Assembly: GCA_965242525.1 (NCBI GenBank)
Contig: OZ251459.1
Location: 1,024,001-1,088,000, forward strand
Reading direction: 5' to 3'
DNA from: an uncultured Candidatus Binatia bacterium
Lineage (GTDB): Bacteria > Desulfobacterota > Binatia > UBA9968 > JAJDTQ01
DNA: 64,000 nucleotides
The notes beneath the pieces were generated by a model that did not search any database, was not told the origin of the DNA, and saw only the letters and a program-made list of their open reading frames with translations. Position numbers and translations under genes: made by a program. Each line of letters begins with the position of its first letter. Positions within the stretch are counted from its first letter, which is position 1. Shown piece by piece: positions 9,816 to 20,874 of the stretch.

Positions 9816-11957
9816 TTCCTTCCACTGGCGCGAAGCGGTTTGGCACCTGCGCGCGCCGGTGCTCCGAGCGTTGTTCCAGCAACTATCCGACCCCGGCCGC
9901 CTGCAACCGCTGGGTCTCGTCGAAGTCCTGGACTGGACCGCGGCGGCGCTGGATCGGGTGGACCACGCGACCTTCTTCGCCCGCTTCCACGAGGGCGAAG
10001 CCGTGCCCTACTTCTACGAACCCTTCCTCGAAGCCTTCGACCCCGAACTGCGCAAGCAACTGGGGGTCTGGTACACCCCTTCCGAAGTGGTGCGCTACAT
10101 GGTGGCGCGGGTGGACCGGGCCCTGAAGGACGACCTAGGCATCCCGGAGGGGCTGGCTGCGGAGAACGTCTATGTGCTGGACCCGTGCTGCGGCACCGGG
10201 GCTTACTTGGCGGAAGTGCTGCGCCGCATCGCAGCCAACCTGGAAGGGAGCGGCCTGGGGGCGCTGTCCGGGGCGCGGGTGAAGCAGGCGGCCACCGAGC
10301 GGGTGTTCGGCTTCAAGATCATGCCCGCTCCCTTCGTGGTGGCTCACCTGCAAGTGGGACTGACCATGCAGGACCTGGACGCGCCGCTGAAGGACGACGG
10401 AGCGGAACGGCCCGGCGTCTTCCTCACCAACGCCTTGACCGGCTGGGAGCCGCACACCACCAAGCCCTTGCCCTTCCCAGAATTGGAGGAGGAGCGGGAC
10501 CGGGCCGAGCGGGTGAAGCAGGAGACGCCCATCCTGGTGATCCTGGGCAACCCGCCCTACAACGGCTTTGCCGGCATGGCGGTGGACGAGGAGCGGGAAC
10601 TCTCGGAGTCCTACCGAAGGACGAAGCGGGTGCGGAGACCGGAAGGGCAGGGACTGAACGACCTGTACGTGCGCTTCTTCCGCATGGCGGAACGGCGCAT
10701 TGCGGAGAAGACCGGTCGGGGCGTGGTCTGCTTCATCTCCAACTACTCGTGGCTGGACGGTCTGTCGTTCACGGGGATGCGGGAACGGTACCTGGAAGCC
10801 TTCGACGCGGTGCGCATCGACAACCTGCATGGCGACCGCATCGTCTCGGAGTACGCTCCCGACGGACGGACCAGCGAAACGGTGTTTGCCCTGCAAGGAC
10901 AATCACCGGGGATCAAGGTCGGAGCCAGCATCGCATTGTTGTCGAGGTCGGGAACCGGCGCGTCAGCGAGGGGACGCATCCTGTACCGGGATTTCCATCA
11001 GGCGCGTGCTGCGGAAAGACGGCAAGCGATGTTGGAGAGCCTTGACGCTCCCGACATGGATTCCGGTTATTCGACGCTGGAACCCGCGCTTCGCCTCGGT
11101 TTGCCGTTCAAGCCGATGGCGGTCAGCGAGGATTGGTTCGACTGGCCATCCCTCCCCGACCTGTTCCCGGTGTCGTTCCCGGGGGTCAAGACCAGCCGGG
11201 ACCCATTCCTCGTCGATGTGGAACTCGACCTGTTGAAAGCGCGGGTCGGGGACTATTTCGATCCGGCTCTCCGCCATGAAGAGATCACGCGGCGGTATCC
11301 ATCTGTCATGAAGGATACCGCACGGTTCGATGCACGAGCAGTGCGAGACGCTTTGCTCTCACGGGGCGGCCCGAATGAAGACGGCTTCGTTCGTCATGCC
11401 TACCGCCCGTTCGACAACCGGTGGCTGTATTGGGAGGCGGATACCAAACTGCTCGACGAGAAGCGCGCTGACTATAGACCGCACGTGTTCGAAGGGAACC
11501 TGTGGCTCTCCACCGCTCAGCATCTACGAAAGGATGCGTCGGAACCTCAGGCCTGCTTCACGGAACATCTCGCATCCCTGCATTTATCGAGCGGGGCGCC
11601 ATGATGTTTCCTGCTTGGCTCCGCGACGAGAACATCGGGATTGAGGAAGACGGCCCCCGAAACCCCGAAACGTGGCCGCTCGCTCCCGCTGCGCGCAGTA
11701 TCGGAAGCGACACCGGCGACCCCCGCAATCGCCCCAACCTCTCGGCCGCCGCCCGGCGCTACCTGGACCGCTTCGGCTTGAGCGTCGAGGACCTGTTCCA
11801 CCACGTCCTGGCTACCTTGCACGATCCCGCCTACCGGGAAGCCAACGCCGGGGCGCTGCGCATGGAGTGGCCGCGCATCCCGCTTCCCGGCTGGCCTGCC
11901 CCCGGGACCGCAAGGGTCTCCTCGGCTTCCACTCGCTCTGCCTTACCCCCCCACCCC

Positions 11958-12060
11958 TGCGGGCGGGACGCCCGCGCTCCCAGGGGGGTCCCTCGCTTAT
12001 GAGGGCCATGAGCCAGCCGTGGATAGCGCCTTTCCCGGGAATGCGGGCGTCCCGCCCGCA
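11958..12060. repeat. Inverted pair of family D REP-like elements inside the R-M gene
   Basis: TGCGGGCGGGACGCCCGCGCTCCCAGG ... CCGGGAATGCGGGCGTCCCGCCCGCA. Confidence 0.8.
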
Positions 12061-12749
12061 TTCGAACGAGGTCTCGCATCCCCCAACAACCACGCGGCGG
12101 ACGCCCTCGCCCGATCGGCCGCCCGGGGCCGCCAACTCGCGGCCCTGCTCGACCCCGATGAGCCGGTTCCCGGCGTCACCACGGGCGCGTTGCGCCCAGA
12201 GATCGCCGCCATCGCCGTGCCTGCCACCACGGACGGGCGCAACATGACTGGCGACGACTTCGCGCTGACCGCAGGCTGGGGCCACTTCGGAGCGGGCGGC
12301 GCAATCATGCCCGGCCAAGGCCGCACCGTCGAACGCGCCCTTGCACCGGACGAACGCGCCGCCATGGGCGATACCCGCCCCGCCCTCGGCAACACGACGT
12401 TCGACGTATGCCTGAACGACCGCGCCTTCTGGCGCAACGTCCCCGCCCATGTCTGGCTCTACAAGCTCGGAGGCTACCAGATCCTCAAGAAATGGCTTTC
12501 CTACCGCGAACGCGGCATCCTCGACCGCCCGCTGCGCCCAGAGGAAGTCCGGCGCTTCACCGATGCCGCCCGTCGCATCGCCGCGATCCTTGCAGCCACG
12601 GCCTGAACTTCCCGTCACCTATCGGGAAAGGCGGGAAATCCCGGAAGCCAAGCATCGGAAACTCTGGCCAGTGGCGGCATCGAGGGATATGCCTGCACTC
12701 AGTCAAAGCGATGGAGTCAATGGCCGGGTTGGGGGGACCTGTGGACCCT

Positions 12750-12780
12750 TTGACCACCACTGGATAATGGGTTATCCAGT
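12750..12780 (+). promoter_or_regulatory. Candidate operator palindrome next to a -35-like hexamer
   Basis: TTGACC, then ACTGGATAA-TGGG-TTATCCAGT (perfect 9-bp arms, 12759-12780). Confidence 0.45.
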
Positions 12781-12861
12781 ACTTGTTTGGAGAGACCGAT
12801 GAACGGGCCGTGTCGGTCAAAATCGCCACCTGGACAGGGTGGTGACGTTCCGATCGGTAAA

Positions 12862-12971
12862 GGAAACCCTGAACAATTCCGGCTCGAACTCCCTCTCCCT
12901 GCGGGAAAGAGCGTCCTTCGACTTCGCTTTGCTACGCTCAGGACGAACGGGGATAATCGTTCAGGGTCTCC
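12862..12971 (+). mobile_element. Family A MITE with 17-bp TIRs
   Basis: GGAAACCCTGAACAATT ... AATCGTTCAGGGTCTCC (15/17 match) enclosing the family A core. Flanks are TAAA and TGAA. Confidence 0.8.
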
Positions 12972-13003
12972 TGAACTGATTTCGTGCCGTAGATGAGGTC
13001 GTC

Positions 13004-14170
13004 ATGGTTGCAGTCGATTCCTTGCATGTTGGCAAAATGGACGTAGATCAAGAAGGGCAAAACAGCGGCGTCGAACCTGAACCGGAGGATACCGACGGCG
13101 AGATCAAAGGGACCTTCGATCCGGAAAAGATCAAGGTCCGCACGGTCAACGTCGTGGTGGACCAGCTCATGTCGCGCGTCGATCATGGCGAAGTCGATCT
13201 GGCGCCGGATTTTCAGTGTATGGCGGGTATTTGGGACGAGAAAGACCAGAGTCGGCTCATCGAATCGCTCTTGCTGCGCATTCCAATACCTGTTTTCTAC
13301 GTAGCCGCGGACGGAAACGACAAATGGTCCGTCGTCGATGGAATCCGGAGAACCTCAACCATCCACGCCTATGTGAAAGGCTGCTTTCCTCTGACGCGAC
13401 TCGAATACCTGACAAGGCTTGACGGCTTGCGCTACGAAGATCTTCCGCGGCCCTTGCAAAGGCGGATCAGCGAGACCCAGCTCGTCGTGAACATCATCGA
13501 ACCTGGAACACCGAAGGAAATAATGTTCAACATCTTTCGGCGTATCAATACCGGTGGGAAGATGCTCAACGGGCAGGAAATCCGCCATGCACTGCATCCT
13601 GGACCGGTCAGGGATTACCTCAAGGAGATGGCTGGCGCCACGGAGTTCCTGGAAGCCACCGATGGATCGATCAGGACAGACCGCATGGCTGACAGGGAGT
13701 GCGTCCTTCGATTCCTGGCCTTTCACATCAATCCCTGGGATGAGTACGCCGCCAATGACCTAGACGGCTATCTTGGCCGTACCATGGAGAAGGTCAACGC
13801 AATGGGTTCGCCTGAACGAACCCGTGTTTCGGAAGACTTCAGGAAGGCCATGGAAGCGGCATTCCGTATTTTCGGAAACGATGCCTTCAGGAAGCGTTAC
13901 GACCGCACCGGCCACCGCCATCAGATCAGTAAGGCGTTGTTCGAAGCATGGAGCGTCGGATTGGCGCGCCGCTCGGGTAACGAGATCGACGTCCTTGCGG
14001 ATAAGCGGACACAGGTCAAGGAGCGGTTCATTTCGTTGATGAACGAGGATCAGGATTTCGATACAGCGATCTCCTATTCCACGGGCAATCCCGTCCGGGT
14101 CAAAAAGCGCTTTCAGGCCATCGACACACTGATAGAGGAATGCCTCCAATGTTCAGGCGACTCAAACTGA
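13004..14170 (+). CDS. DUF262 (ParB/GmrS-like) domain protein, probable defence gene
   Basis: LAPDFQC..W..SRLIESLLLRIPIPVFY, VVDGIRR and IFRRINTGG..LNGQEIR motifs. Lower GC than the flanks. Confidence 0.85.
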   Translation: MVAVDSLHVGKMDVDQEGQNSGVEPEPEDTDGEIKGTFDPEKIKVRTVNVVVDQLMSRVDHGEVDLAPDFQCMAGIWDEKDQSRLIESLLLRIPIPVFYVAADGNDKWSVVDGIRRTSTIHAYVKGCFPLTRLEYLTRLDGLRYEDLPRPLQRRISETQLVVNIIEPGTPKEIMFNIFRRINTGGKMLNGQEIRHALHPGPVRDYLKEMAGATEFLEATDGSIRTDRMADRECVLRFLAFHINPWDEYAANDLDGYLGRTMEKVNAMGSPERTRVSEDFRKAMEAAFRIFGNDAFRKRYDRTGHRHQISKALFEAWSVGLARRSGNEIDVLADKRTQVKERFISLMNEDQDFDTAISYSTGNPVRVKKRFQAIDTLIEECLQCSGDSN

Positions 14171-14241
14171 CGAACTTCAAGTGCTTCAAGAACGCGGAGT
14201 TGCGTTTTGCCCCGCTGACCCTGCTATGCGGTCTGAACGGG
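14149..14241 (+). pseudogene. 5' fragment of an ABC/AAA ATPase (DUF3696/AAA_21-like), cut at Walker A by a family B repeat
   Basis: MFRRLKLTNFKCFKNAELRFAPLTLLCGLNG, overlapping the DUF262 stop and followed within a few bases by GGATTCCCGCTTTCGCGGGAATGAC. Confidence 0.75.
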
Positions 14242-14244
14242 GAT

Positions 14245-14381
14245 GGATTCCCGCTTTCGCGGGAATGACGGAGGTGGGCGTGCACGGGAATGACGGGGCA
14301 GGCGTCTGCGGAGCAATGCCGGCGTGACCCCTTTCGATCCCCTTTTCCTCCTGCCTTACCCAGGCGAAAGCCGGACGAGTC
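14245..14381 (-). repeat. Family B palindrome with partial tandem units, plus a degenerate family C end
   Basis: GGATTCCCGCTTTCGCGGGAATGACG, CGGGAATGACG, then ACCCAGGCGAAAGCCGGACGAGTC. Confidence 0.85.
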
Positions 14382-14384
14382 CCC

Positions 14385-14492
14385 CTGTGAACGCCCGTTG
14401 GGATGGCGGGTCTGTGGCACCATCCTGTTCCCAGACATGGACCGAGCCGAAGCCCCGGCTGTGAACGCCCCTTGGGATGGCGGGTCCGTGGC
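14385..14492. repeat. Two 34-bp direct repeats with a 40-bp spacer
   Basis: CTGTGAACGCCC(G/C)TTGGGATGGCGGGTC(T/C)GTGGC at 14385-14418 and 14459-14492. Confidence 0.85.
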
Positions 14493-14506
14493 GCGGTGGG
14501 GGCGTG

Positions 14507-14536
14507 TTGACAATTCGGATGCTTTAAGTCTATATT
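14507..14536 (+). promoter_or_regulatory. Sigma70 promoter of the suf operon, possibly overlapping an Rrf2 operator
   Basis: TTGACA-18 nt-TATATT in an AT-rich patch. Confidence 0.65.
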
Positions 14537-14677
14537 CAAGCTCCGGTCGATCCGAAGACTTGGGTACGCGGGGGACGCGCCGTCCGCGGCCCCGGCAGAG
14601 GCGAGGCCAACGGGGGATACGGCATGCAGGAATCCGCGCTGGGCGCCGTCCGGGCCACGGCGGACCGAAGCTCGCTG

Positions 14678-15118
14678 ATGAACGTGGGCAGGAGGGTGGA
14701 TTACGCGGTGCGCGCCTTGTCCTACTTGGCGGCCCGGCCTCGGCAGTGGGTCGTGGGGAGCAAGGAGATCGCCGGGCGGCAGGACATCCCGACCCACTTC
14801 ATGTCGAAGATCATGAAGGACCTTGCCGCGGCGGGTCTGGTGCGGTCCCACGTGGGCCGCAAGGGCGGCTTCAGCCTGGCGAGGCATCCCGACGCCATCA
14901 ACCTGAAGGAAGTTTACGAAGCGGTGGAGAAACCCCTGAGCCTGATGGAGTGCCTGGACAGGGAGCACAGTTGCTGCCCCTACGACACCGTGTGCAACCA
15001 GATCTCGGTGTGGGAACGGGCCCAGGGGCTGTTGGCGGAATACCTGTCGGGGATCTCCATCGGCAGCATTGCCGACCGGGAAGGCCTCAAGGGGCGGCTG
15101 ACCGGCCTCGACAGTTGA
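14678..15118 (+). CDS. Rrf2-family (IscR/SufR-like) transcriptional regulator (alternative start 14624)
   Basis: [23 protein letters not shown] and a Cys cluster [15 protein letters not shown]. First gene of the suf operon. Confidence 0.9.
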   Translation: MNVGRRVDYAVRALSYLAARPRQWVVGSKEIAGRQDIPTHFMSKIMKDLAAAGLVRSHVGRKGGFSLARHPDAINLKEVYEAVEKPLSLMECLDREHSCCPYDTVCNQISVWERAQGLLAEYLSGISIGSIADREGLKGRLTGLDS

Positions 15119-15155
15119 CCTTCCCGTCGGCGCACGCGCGGAGGAACCGGGAACC

Positions 15156-16604
<1,449 letters not shown>

Positions 16605-16620
16605 GGGGCGGGCGCGGACC

Positions 16621-17385
16621 ATGCTCGAAATCCGAAACCTGCAGGCGCGCGTGGACGGCAAGGAGATCCTGCGCGGCATCGACCTGACGGTGGGGGCCGG
16701 CGAAGTGCACGCAGTCATGGGCCCCAACGGCGCGGGCAAGAGCACCCTGGCCCAGGTCCTGGCCGGTCGCGACACCTACCAGGTGACCGGCGGCCAGGTC
16801 CGGTACAAGGGCCGGGACCTGCTCGACATGGCCCCCGAGACCCGGGCGGTCGAAGGCGTGTTCCTGGGCTTCCAGTACCCGGTGGAGATCCCCGGCCTGA
16901 ACAGCCTCTACTTCCTGCGGGCCGCGGTCAACGCGGCGAGGAGCCACCGCGGCGAAGAGGAGTTGGACGCCATGGACTTCATGGCCCTGGCCAGGGAGAA
17001 GATGAAGGCGATGGAGATGGACGAGGACCTGCTTCGACGCCCGGTCAACGCGGGGTTCTCGGGCGGGGAGAAGAAGCGCGCCGAGATATTCCAGATGACC
17101 ATGCTGGAGCCGAGCCTCGCGATCCTGGACGAGACGGATTCCGGCCTGGACATCGACGCCCTCAAGGTGGTGGCCCACGGCATCAACCTCTTCCGCAGCC
17201 CGGAAAGGGCCATCGTCCTCGTCACCCATTACCAACGGCTGCTCGACTACGTGGTCCCGGACGTGGTCCACGTGATCCACAACGGGCGGCTGGTGAAGTC
17301 CGGCGGCAAGGAGCTGGCCCGGGAGCTGGAGGACAGCGGTTATTCGTGGGCGGAGCAGGACGCGGACAGGGGGCCCGCGGCATGA
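16621..17385 (+). CDS. sufC: Fe-S cluster assembly ATPase SufC
   Basis: GPNGAGKST, FQYPVEIPG, FSGGEKKR and LDETDSGLDID motifs. Confidence 0.97.
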   Translation: MLEIRNLQARVDGKEILRGIDLTVGAGEVHAVMGPNGAGKSTLAQVLAGRDTYQVTGGQVRYKGRDLLDMAPETRAVEGVFLGFQYPVEIPGLNSLYFLRAAVNAARSHRGEEELDAMDFMALAREKMKAMEMDEDLLRRPVNAGFSGGEKKRAEIFQMTMLEPSLAILDETDSGLDIDALKVVAHGINLFRSPERAIVLVTHYQRLLDYVVPDVVHVIHNGRLVKSGGKELARELEDSGYSWAEQDADRGPAA

Positions 17386-18689
17386 CGGACACGGAGCGGC
17401 AGGGCTACGTGGAGGACTTCGAGAAGCTGGCCGCGCGGGCCGCGGCAACCGACGGCGCATGGGTCGCGGACTTGCGCAGCCGCGCCATGGAACGCTTCCG
17501 GTCCCTGGGCTTCCCTTCGACCCGGGAAGAGGAGTGGAAGTACACGAACCTGGACCCGCTTCGGGAGGCCCGCCTGCGGACCGCGGACCCTTCGGCGCCG
17601 GACGGGGCGCCGGACCCGGACCTTCCCGGTCTCCGTAGCTGGGAACGCTACGAGTTGACGTTCCCCCGGGCCAAGGGCGGCGCCGGAACCCCGGTGGCGT
17701 GCGGCGATGACGTCTTCGTGGGGCGTCTGGCGGACGCCATCCACCGCCGGCCGGACTGGCTGGCGTCGCATCTGGGACGCCACGCCGACTACGCGGGCCA
17801 CGCCTTCCGGGCTCTCAACACGGCCTTCCTGGAAGACGGCGGCGCCATCCGGCTGGGTCCCGGCAAGACCCTGGACAAGCCCGTGGAGTTGACCTTCGCG
17901 GCCGTTCCGGGGCGCTCCCGAAACCGGATCCTCCACCCGCGGACCCTGGTGGTGGTGGGTCCCCGTAGCCGGCTCACCCTGGTGGAAACCTACGCCGGGG
18001 CCGGCGACGAAGTGTATTGCACCAACGCCGTCACCGAGGTCGTGCTGGAGGAGGACGCGGCCCTGGACCACTACCGGGTGCAGCGGGAGGGCAGGGCGGC
18101 GTTCCACCTGGCCACGGTCCAGGTGCGCCAGGCGCGGAACAGCCGCTACCGGTCGTGCTCCGTCTCTTCGGGCGGCGCCCTGGCGCGGATCGAGATCAAC
18201 GCGCTGCTCGACGGCGAGGGCGCGGACTGCGAGCTCCACGGCCTCTACGTGGCGGGGGGCCGGCAGCACGTGGACAACCGCACGGCCATCGAGCACGCAA
18301 AGCCCCGCGGGACCAGCCGCGAGCTCTACAAGGGCCTGTTGCACGACCGGGCAAGGGCGGTGTTCAACGGCAAGATCGTGGTGCGCAAGGAGGCGCAGAA
18401 GACCGACGCCCGGCAGTCCAACCGGAACCTCATGTTGTCCCGGGACGCGGAGATCGACAGCAAGCCCCAGTTGGAGATACTCGCCGACGACGTGCGCTGC
18501 TCCCACGGCGCCACCATCGCGCAACTCGAGGAGGACGAGCTGTTCTACCTGCGCTCGCGGGGCCTGGACCGGACCCGGGCGAGGGAGCTGCTGGTCCGGG
18601 GCTTTGCCGGCGAGGTGCTGGACGGCATCGCCATCGATCCCTTGCGGGAAGGGTTGGCCGCGGAGGTATTCTCCGACCTGCGCCTCTGA
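17382..18689 (+). CDS. sufD: Fe-S cluster assembly protein SufD
   Basis: EEWKYT, AVFNGKI, KPQLEILADDVRCSHGAT and LFYLRSRG motifs. Confidence 0.95.
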   Translation: MTDTERQGYVEDFEKLAARAAATDGAWVADLRSRAMERFRSLGFPSTREEEWKYTNLDPLREARLRTADPSAPDGAPDPDLPGLRSWERYELTFPRAKGGAGTPVACGDDVFVGRLADAIHRRPDWLASHLGRHADYAGHAFRALNTAFLEDGGAIRLGPGKTLDKPVELTFAAVPGRSRNRILHPRTLVVVGPRSRLTLVETYAGAGDEVYCTNAVTEVVLEEDAALDHYRVQREGRAAFHLATVQVRQARNSRYRSCSVSSGGALARIEINALLDGEGADCELHGLYVAGGRQHVDNRTAIEHAKPRGTSRELYKGLLHDRARAVFNGKIVVRKEAQKTDARQSNRNLMLSRDAEIDSKPQLEILADDVRCSHGATIAQLEEDELFYLRSRGLDRTRARELLVRGFAGEVLDGIAIDPLREGLAAEVFSDLRL

Positions 18690-18712
18690 AGACACCGGAA
18701 CCCGGGCATCCC

Positions 18713-19978
18713 ATGCGACCACTCCAGATCCCCGAGCGCGACCGCTCGGACGACCCGTTCGACGTGGCGCGGGTGCGCGAGGACTTCCCCGTCCTCGCGG
18801 AGGAGGTCCACGGGAAACCCCTGGCCTACCTGGACAACGCGGCCACGGCCCAGAAGCCCCAGGCCGTCATCCGGCGTCTCGCCCGGTACTACGAGACCGA
18901 GAACTCCAACATCCACCGCGGGGTGCACCGGTTGAGCGAGCAGGCGACCCGGGCGTACGAAGACGCCCGGGGGACCGTGCGGCGGTTCGTCAACGCCGCG
19001 GAGGACAGGGAGGTCGTCTTCGTCCGGGGCGCCACCGAGGCCATCAACCTCGTGGCCCGCTGCTACGGCGGGGCGCGCCTGCAAGCCGGGGACGAGGTGG
19101 TCATCTCGGCCATGGAGCACCACTCCAACATCGTTCCCTGGCAACTCGTCTGCCGGGAGAAGGGCGCCCGGCTGCGGGTGGTCCCCATCGACGACCGCGG
19201 CGACGTGGTGATGGAGGAATACCATCGACTGCTCGGCCCCAGGACCCGCATGGTGGCCTTGCCCCACGTCTCCAACGCCCTGGGCACGGTGAACCCCGTC
19301 CGGGAGATGATCCGGGCCGCGCACGGAGTCGGCGCGCCGGTGCTCATCGACGGCGCCCAGGGGGCGCCCCACGCGGTCGTGGACGTCCGGGACCTGGACT
19401 GCGACTTCTACGCGTTCTCCGGCCACAAGCTCTACGGCCCCACCGGCGTCGGCGTGCTGTACGGGAAAGCCGACTTGCTGGAGGCCATGCCCCCCTACCA
19501 GGGGGGCGGGGACATGATCCTCTCGGTCAGCTTCGAGAAGACGGAATACAACGTGCTGCCCTACAAGTTCGAAGCCGGCACCCCCCACATCGCAGGGGTC
19601 ATCGGGCTGGGGGCCGCGGTGGAATACCTGGAGGCCCTGGGACTGGACGCGGTGGCGGCCCATGAGGACCGGCTGCTGGCCCATGCGTTGGAACGGCTGG
19701 CCCGGACCCCGGGCGTGCGGTTCGTCGGCACGCCGGAACGGAGGGCGTCCCTGGTCTCGTTCGTGCTCGACGGCGTCCACGCCCACGACGTGGGCACCAT
19801 ACTCGACCAGGAAGGGGTGGCGGTGAGGGCGGGACACCACTGCGCCATGCCGGTCATGGAACGGTACGGCGTGCCCGCCACCGTACGCGCCTCCTTCGCG
19901 TGCTACAACACCGAGACGGAGGTGGACGCATTGGCCGACGGCCTGGAGAAGGCGGGGAGGATATTCCGCGGTGTCTGA
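18713..19978 (+). CDS. sufS: Cysteine desulfurase SufS
   Basis: YLDNAAT, FSGHKLYGPTG and RAGHHCA motifs. Confidence 0.96.
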   Translation: MRPLQIPERDRSDDPFDVARVREDFPVLAEEVHGKPLAYLDNAATAQKPQAVIRRLARYYETENSNIHRGVHRLSEQATRAYEDARGTVRRFVNAAEDREVVFVRGATEAINLVARCYGGARLQAGDEVVISAMEHHSNIVPWQLVCREKGARLRVVPIDDRGDVVMEEYHRLLGPRTRMVALPHVSNALGTVNPVREMIRAAHGVGAPVLIDGAQGAPHAVVDVRDLDCDFYAFSGHKLYGPTGVGVLYGKADLLEAMPPYQGGGDMILSVSFEKTEYNVLPYKFEAGTPHIAGVIGLGAAVEYLEALGLDAVAAHEDRLLAHALERLARTPGVRFVGTPERRASLVSFVLDGVHAHDVGTILDQEGVAVRAGHHCAMPVMERYGVPATVRASFACYNTETEVDALADGLEKAGRIFRGV

Positions 19979-20423
19979 CCTGAGGGACCTCTACCAGGAA
20001 CTGATCCTGGACCGTAACCGCAAGCCCCGGAACTTCGGCCCCCTGTCCGACGCCAACCGGAGCGCCCATGGCGTCAACCCCCTCTGCGGCGACAGGATCA
20101 CGGTCCACTTGCAGTTGGACGACGAACGGGTGGAGGACATCCGTTTCGAGGGGTCGGGCTGCGCCATCTCCATCGCGTCCGCCTCGGTCATGACGGAGAG
20201 CCTCAAGGGGCAGACCGCGAGCGCCGCCATGACCCTGTTCGAGCGTTTCCACTGGATGGTGGCGGCCAACGGTGACGCCCCGGGCGGCGTCTCGGACATG
20301 GGCAAGCTGGCCGCGTTCGCCGGTGTCCGGGACTACCCCGCGCGCGTGAAGTGCGCTACCCTGGCGTGGCACGCGCTGCGCGCGGCCCTGGAGGGCGGCG
20401 CGCGAGCCGTCAGCACCGAGTAG
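19971..20423 (+). CDS. sufU: SufU-type sulfur-transfer/scaffold protein
   Basis: [14 protein letters not shown] and PARVKCA motifs. Confidence 0.93.
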   Translation: MSDLRDLYQELILDRNRKPRNFGPLSDANRSAHGVNPLCGDRITVHLQLDDERVEDIRFEGSGCAISIASASVMTESLKGQTASAAMTLFERFHWMVAANGDAPGGVSDMGKLAAFAGVRDYPARVKCATLAWHALRAALEGGARAVSTE

Positions 20424-20452
20424 CCGTCAGGGGCGCCAGGAGGAAGCATCCC

Positions 20453-20776
20453 GTGGAGACCGTTTCGGACCGGAAGGAAATGGAGGGCCGGGTGATCGAG
20501 GCGTTGCAGACCTGCTACGACCCGGAGGTCCCGGTAAACATCCACGAGATGGGGTTGATCTACGGGGTGGAGGTGGACCCCCTCGGCAACGTATCGGTCG
20601 CCATGACCCTTACCGCGCCCAACTGCCCCGCGGCCCAGTCGCTTCCCGCGGAGGTGGAAGAGAAGGTGAGGGCCGTGTCCGGCGTGAACGAAGTCAACGT
20701 CGAGATCGTGTGGGAGCCTCCCTGGGACCCCGGCCGCATGTCGGACGCCGCCAAGCTGCAGCTTGGCATGTTGTGA
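20453..20776 (+). CDS. sufT: DUF59/SufT Fe-S maturation protein
   Basis: [24 protein letters not shown] and WEPPW motifs. AGGAGG precedes the GTG. Confidence 0.88.
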   Translation: METVSDRKEMEGRVIEALQTCYDPEVPVNIHEMGLIYGVEVDPLGNVSVAMTLTAPNCPAAQSLPAEVEEKVRAVSGVNEVNVEIVWEPPWDPGRMSDAAKLQLGML

Positions 20777-20874
20777 CCGACGGGGGCCTCGGCGCCCCGA
20801 ATGCAAGGGGCTGCTCGCCCCTGCCGGCCGCCCCCGCGCCGGCCGCCCCTTGGCCCGGCCATCCGGAACCGAAC

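Larger units (their letters stand above)
7106..12606 (+). pseudogene. Single-chain restriction-modification enzyme (type IIG/ISP-like: N-terminal PD-ExK nuclease, N6-MTase, C-terminal specificity domain), disrupted
   Basis: HPDFG..VEVK, GVWYTP, LDPCCGTG and NPPY motifs, C-terminal YKLGGYQILKKWLSYR. Interrupted by an IS at 7921-9778 and by frameshifts near 11585 and 11985. Confidence 0.88.

Noticed and set aside
7106-14380. Prophage or integrative element
   Set aside because: No integrase, phage or conjugation genes, and no att pair was found. It is better described as a decayed defence island.
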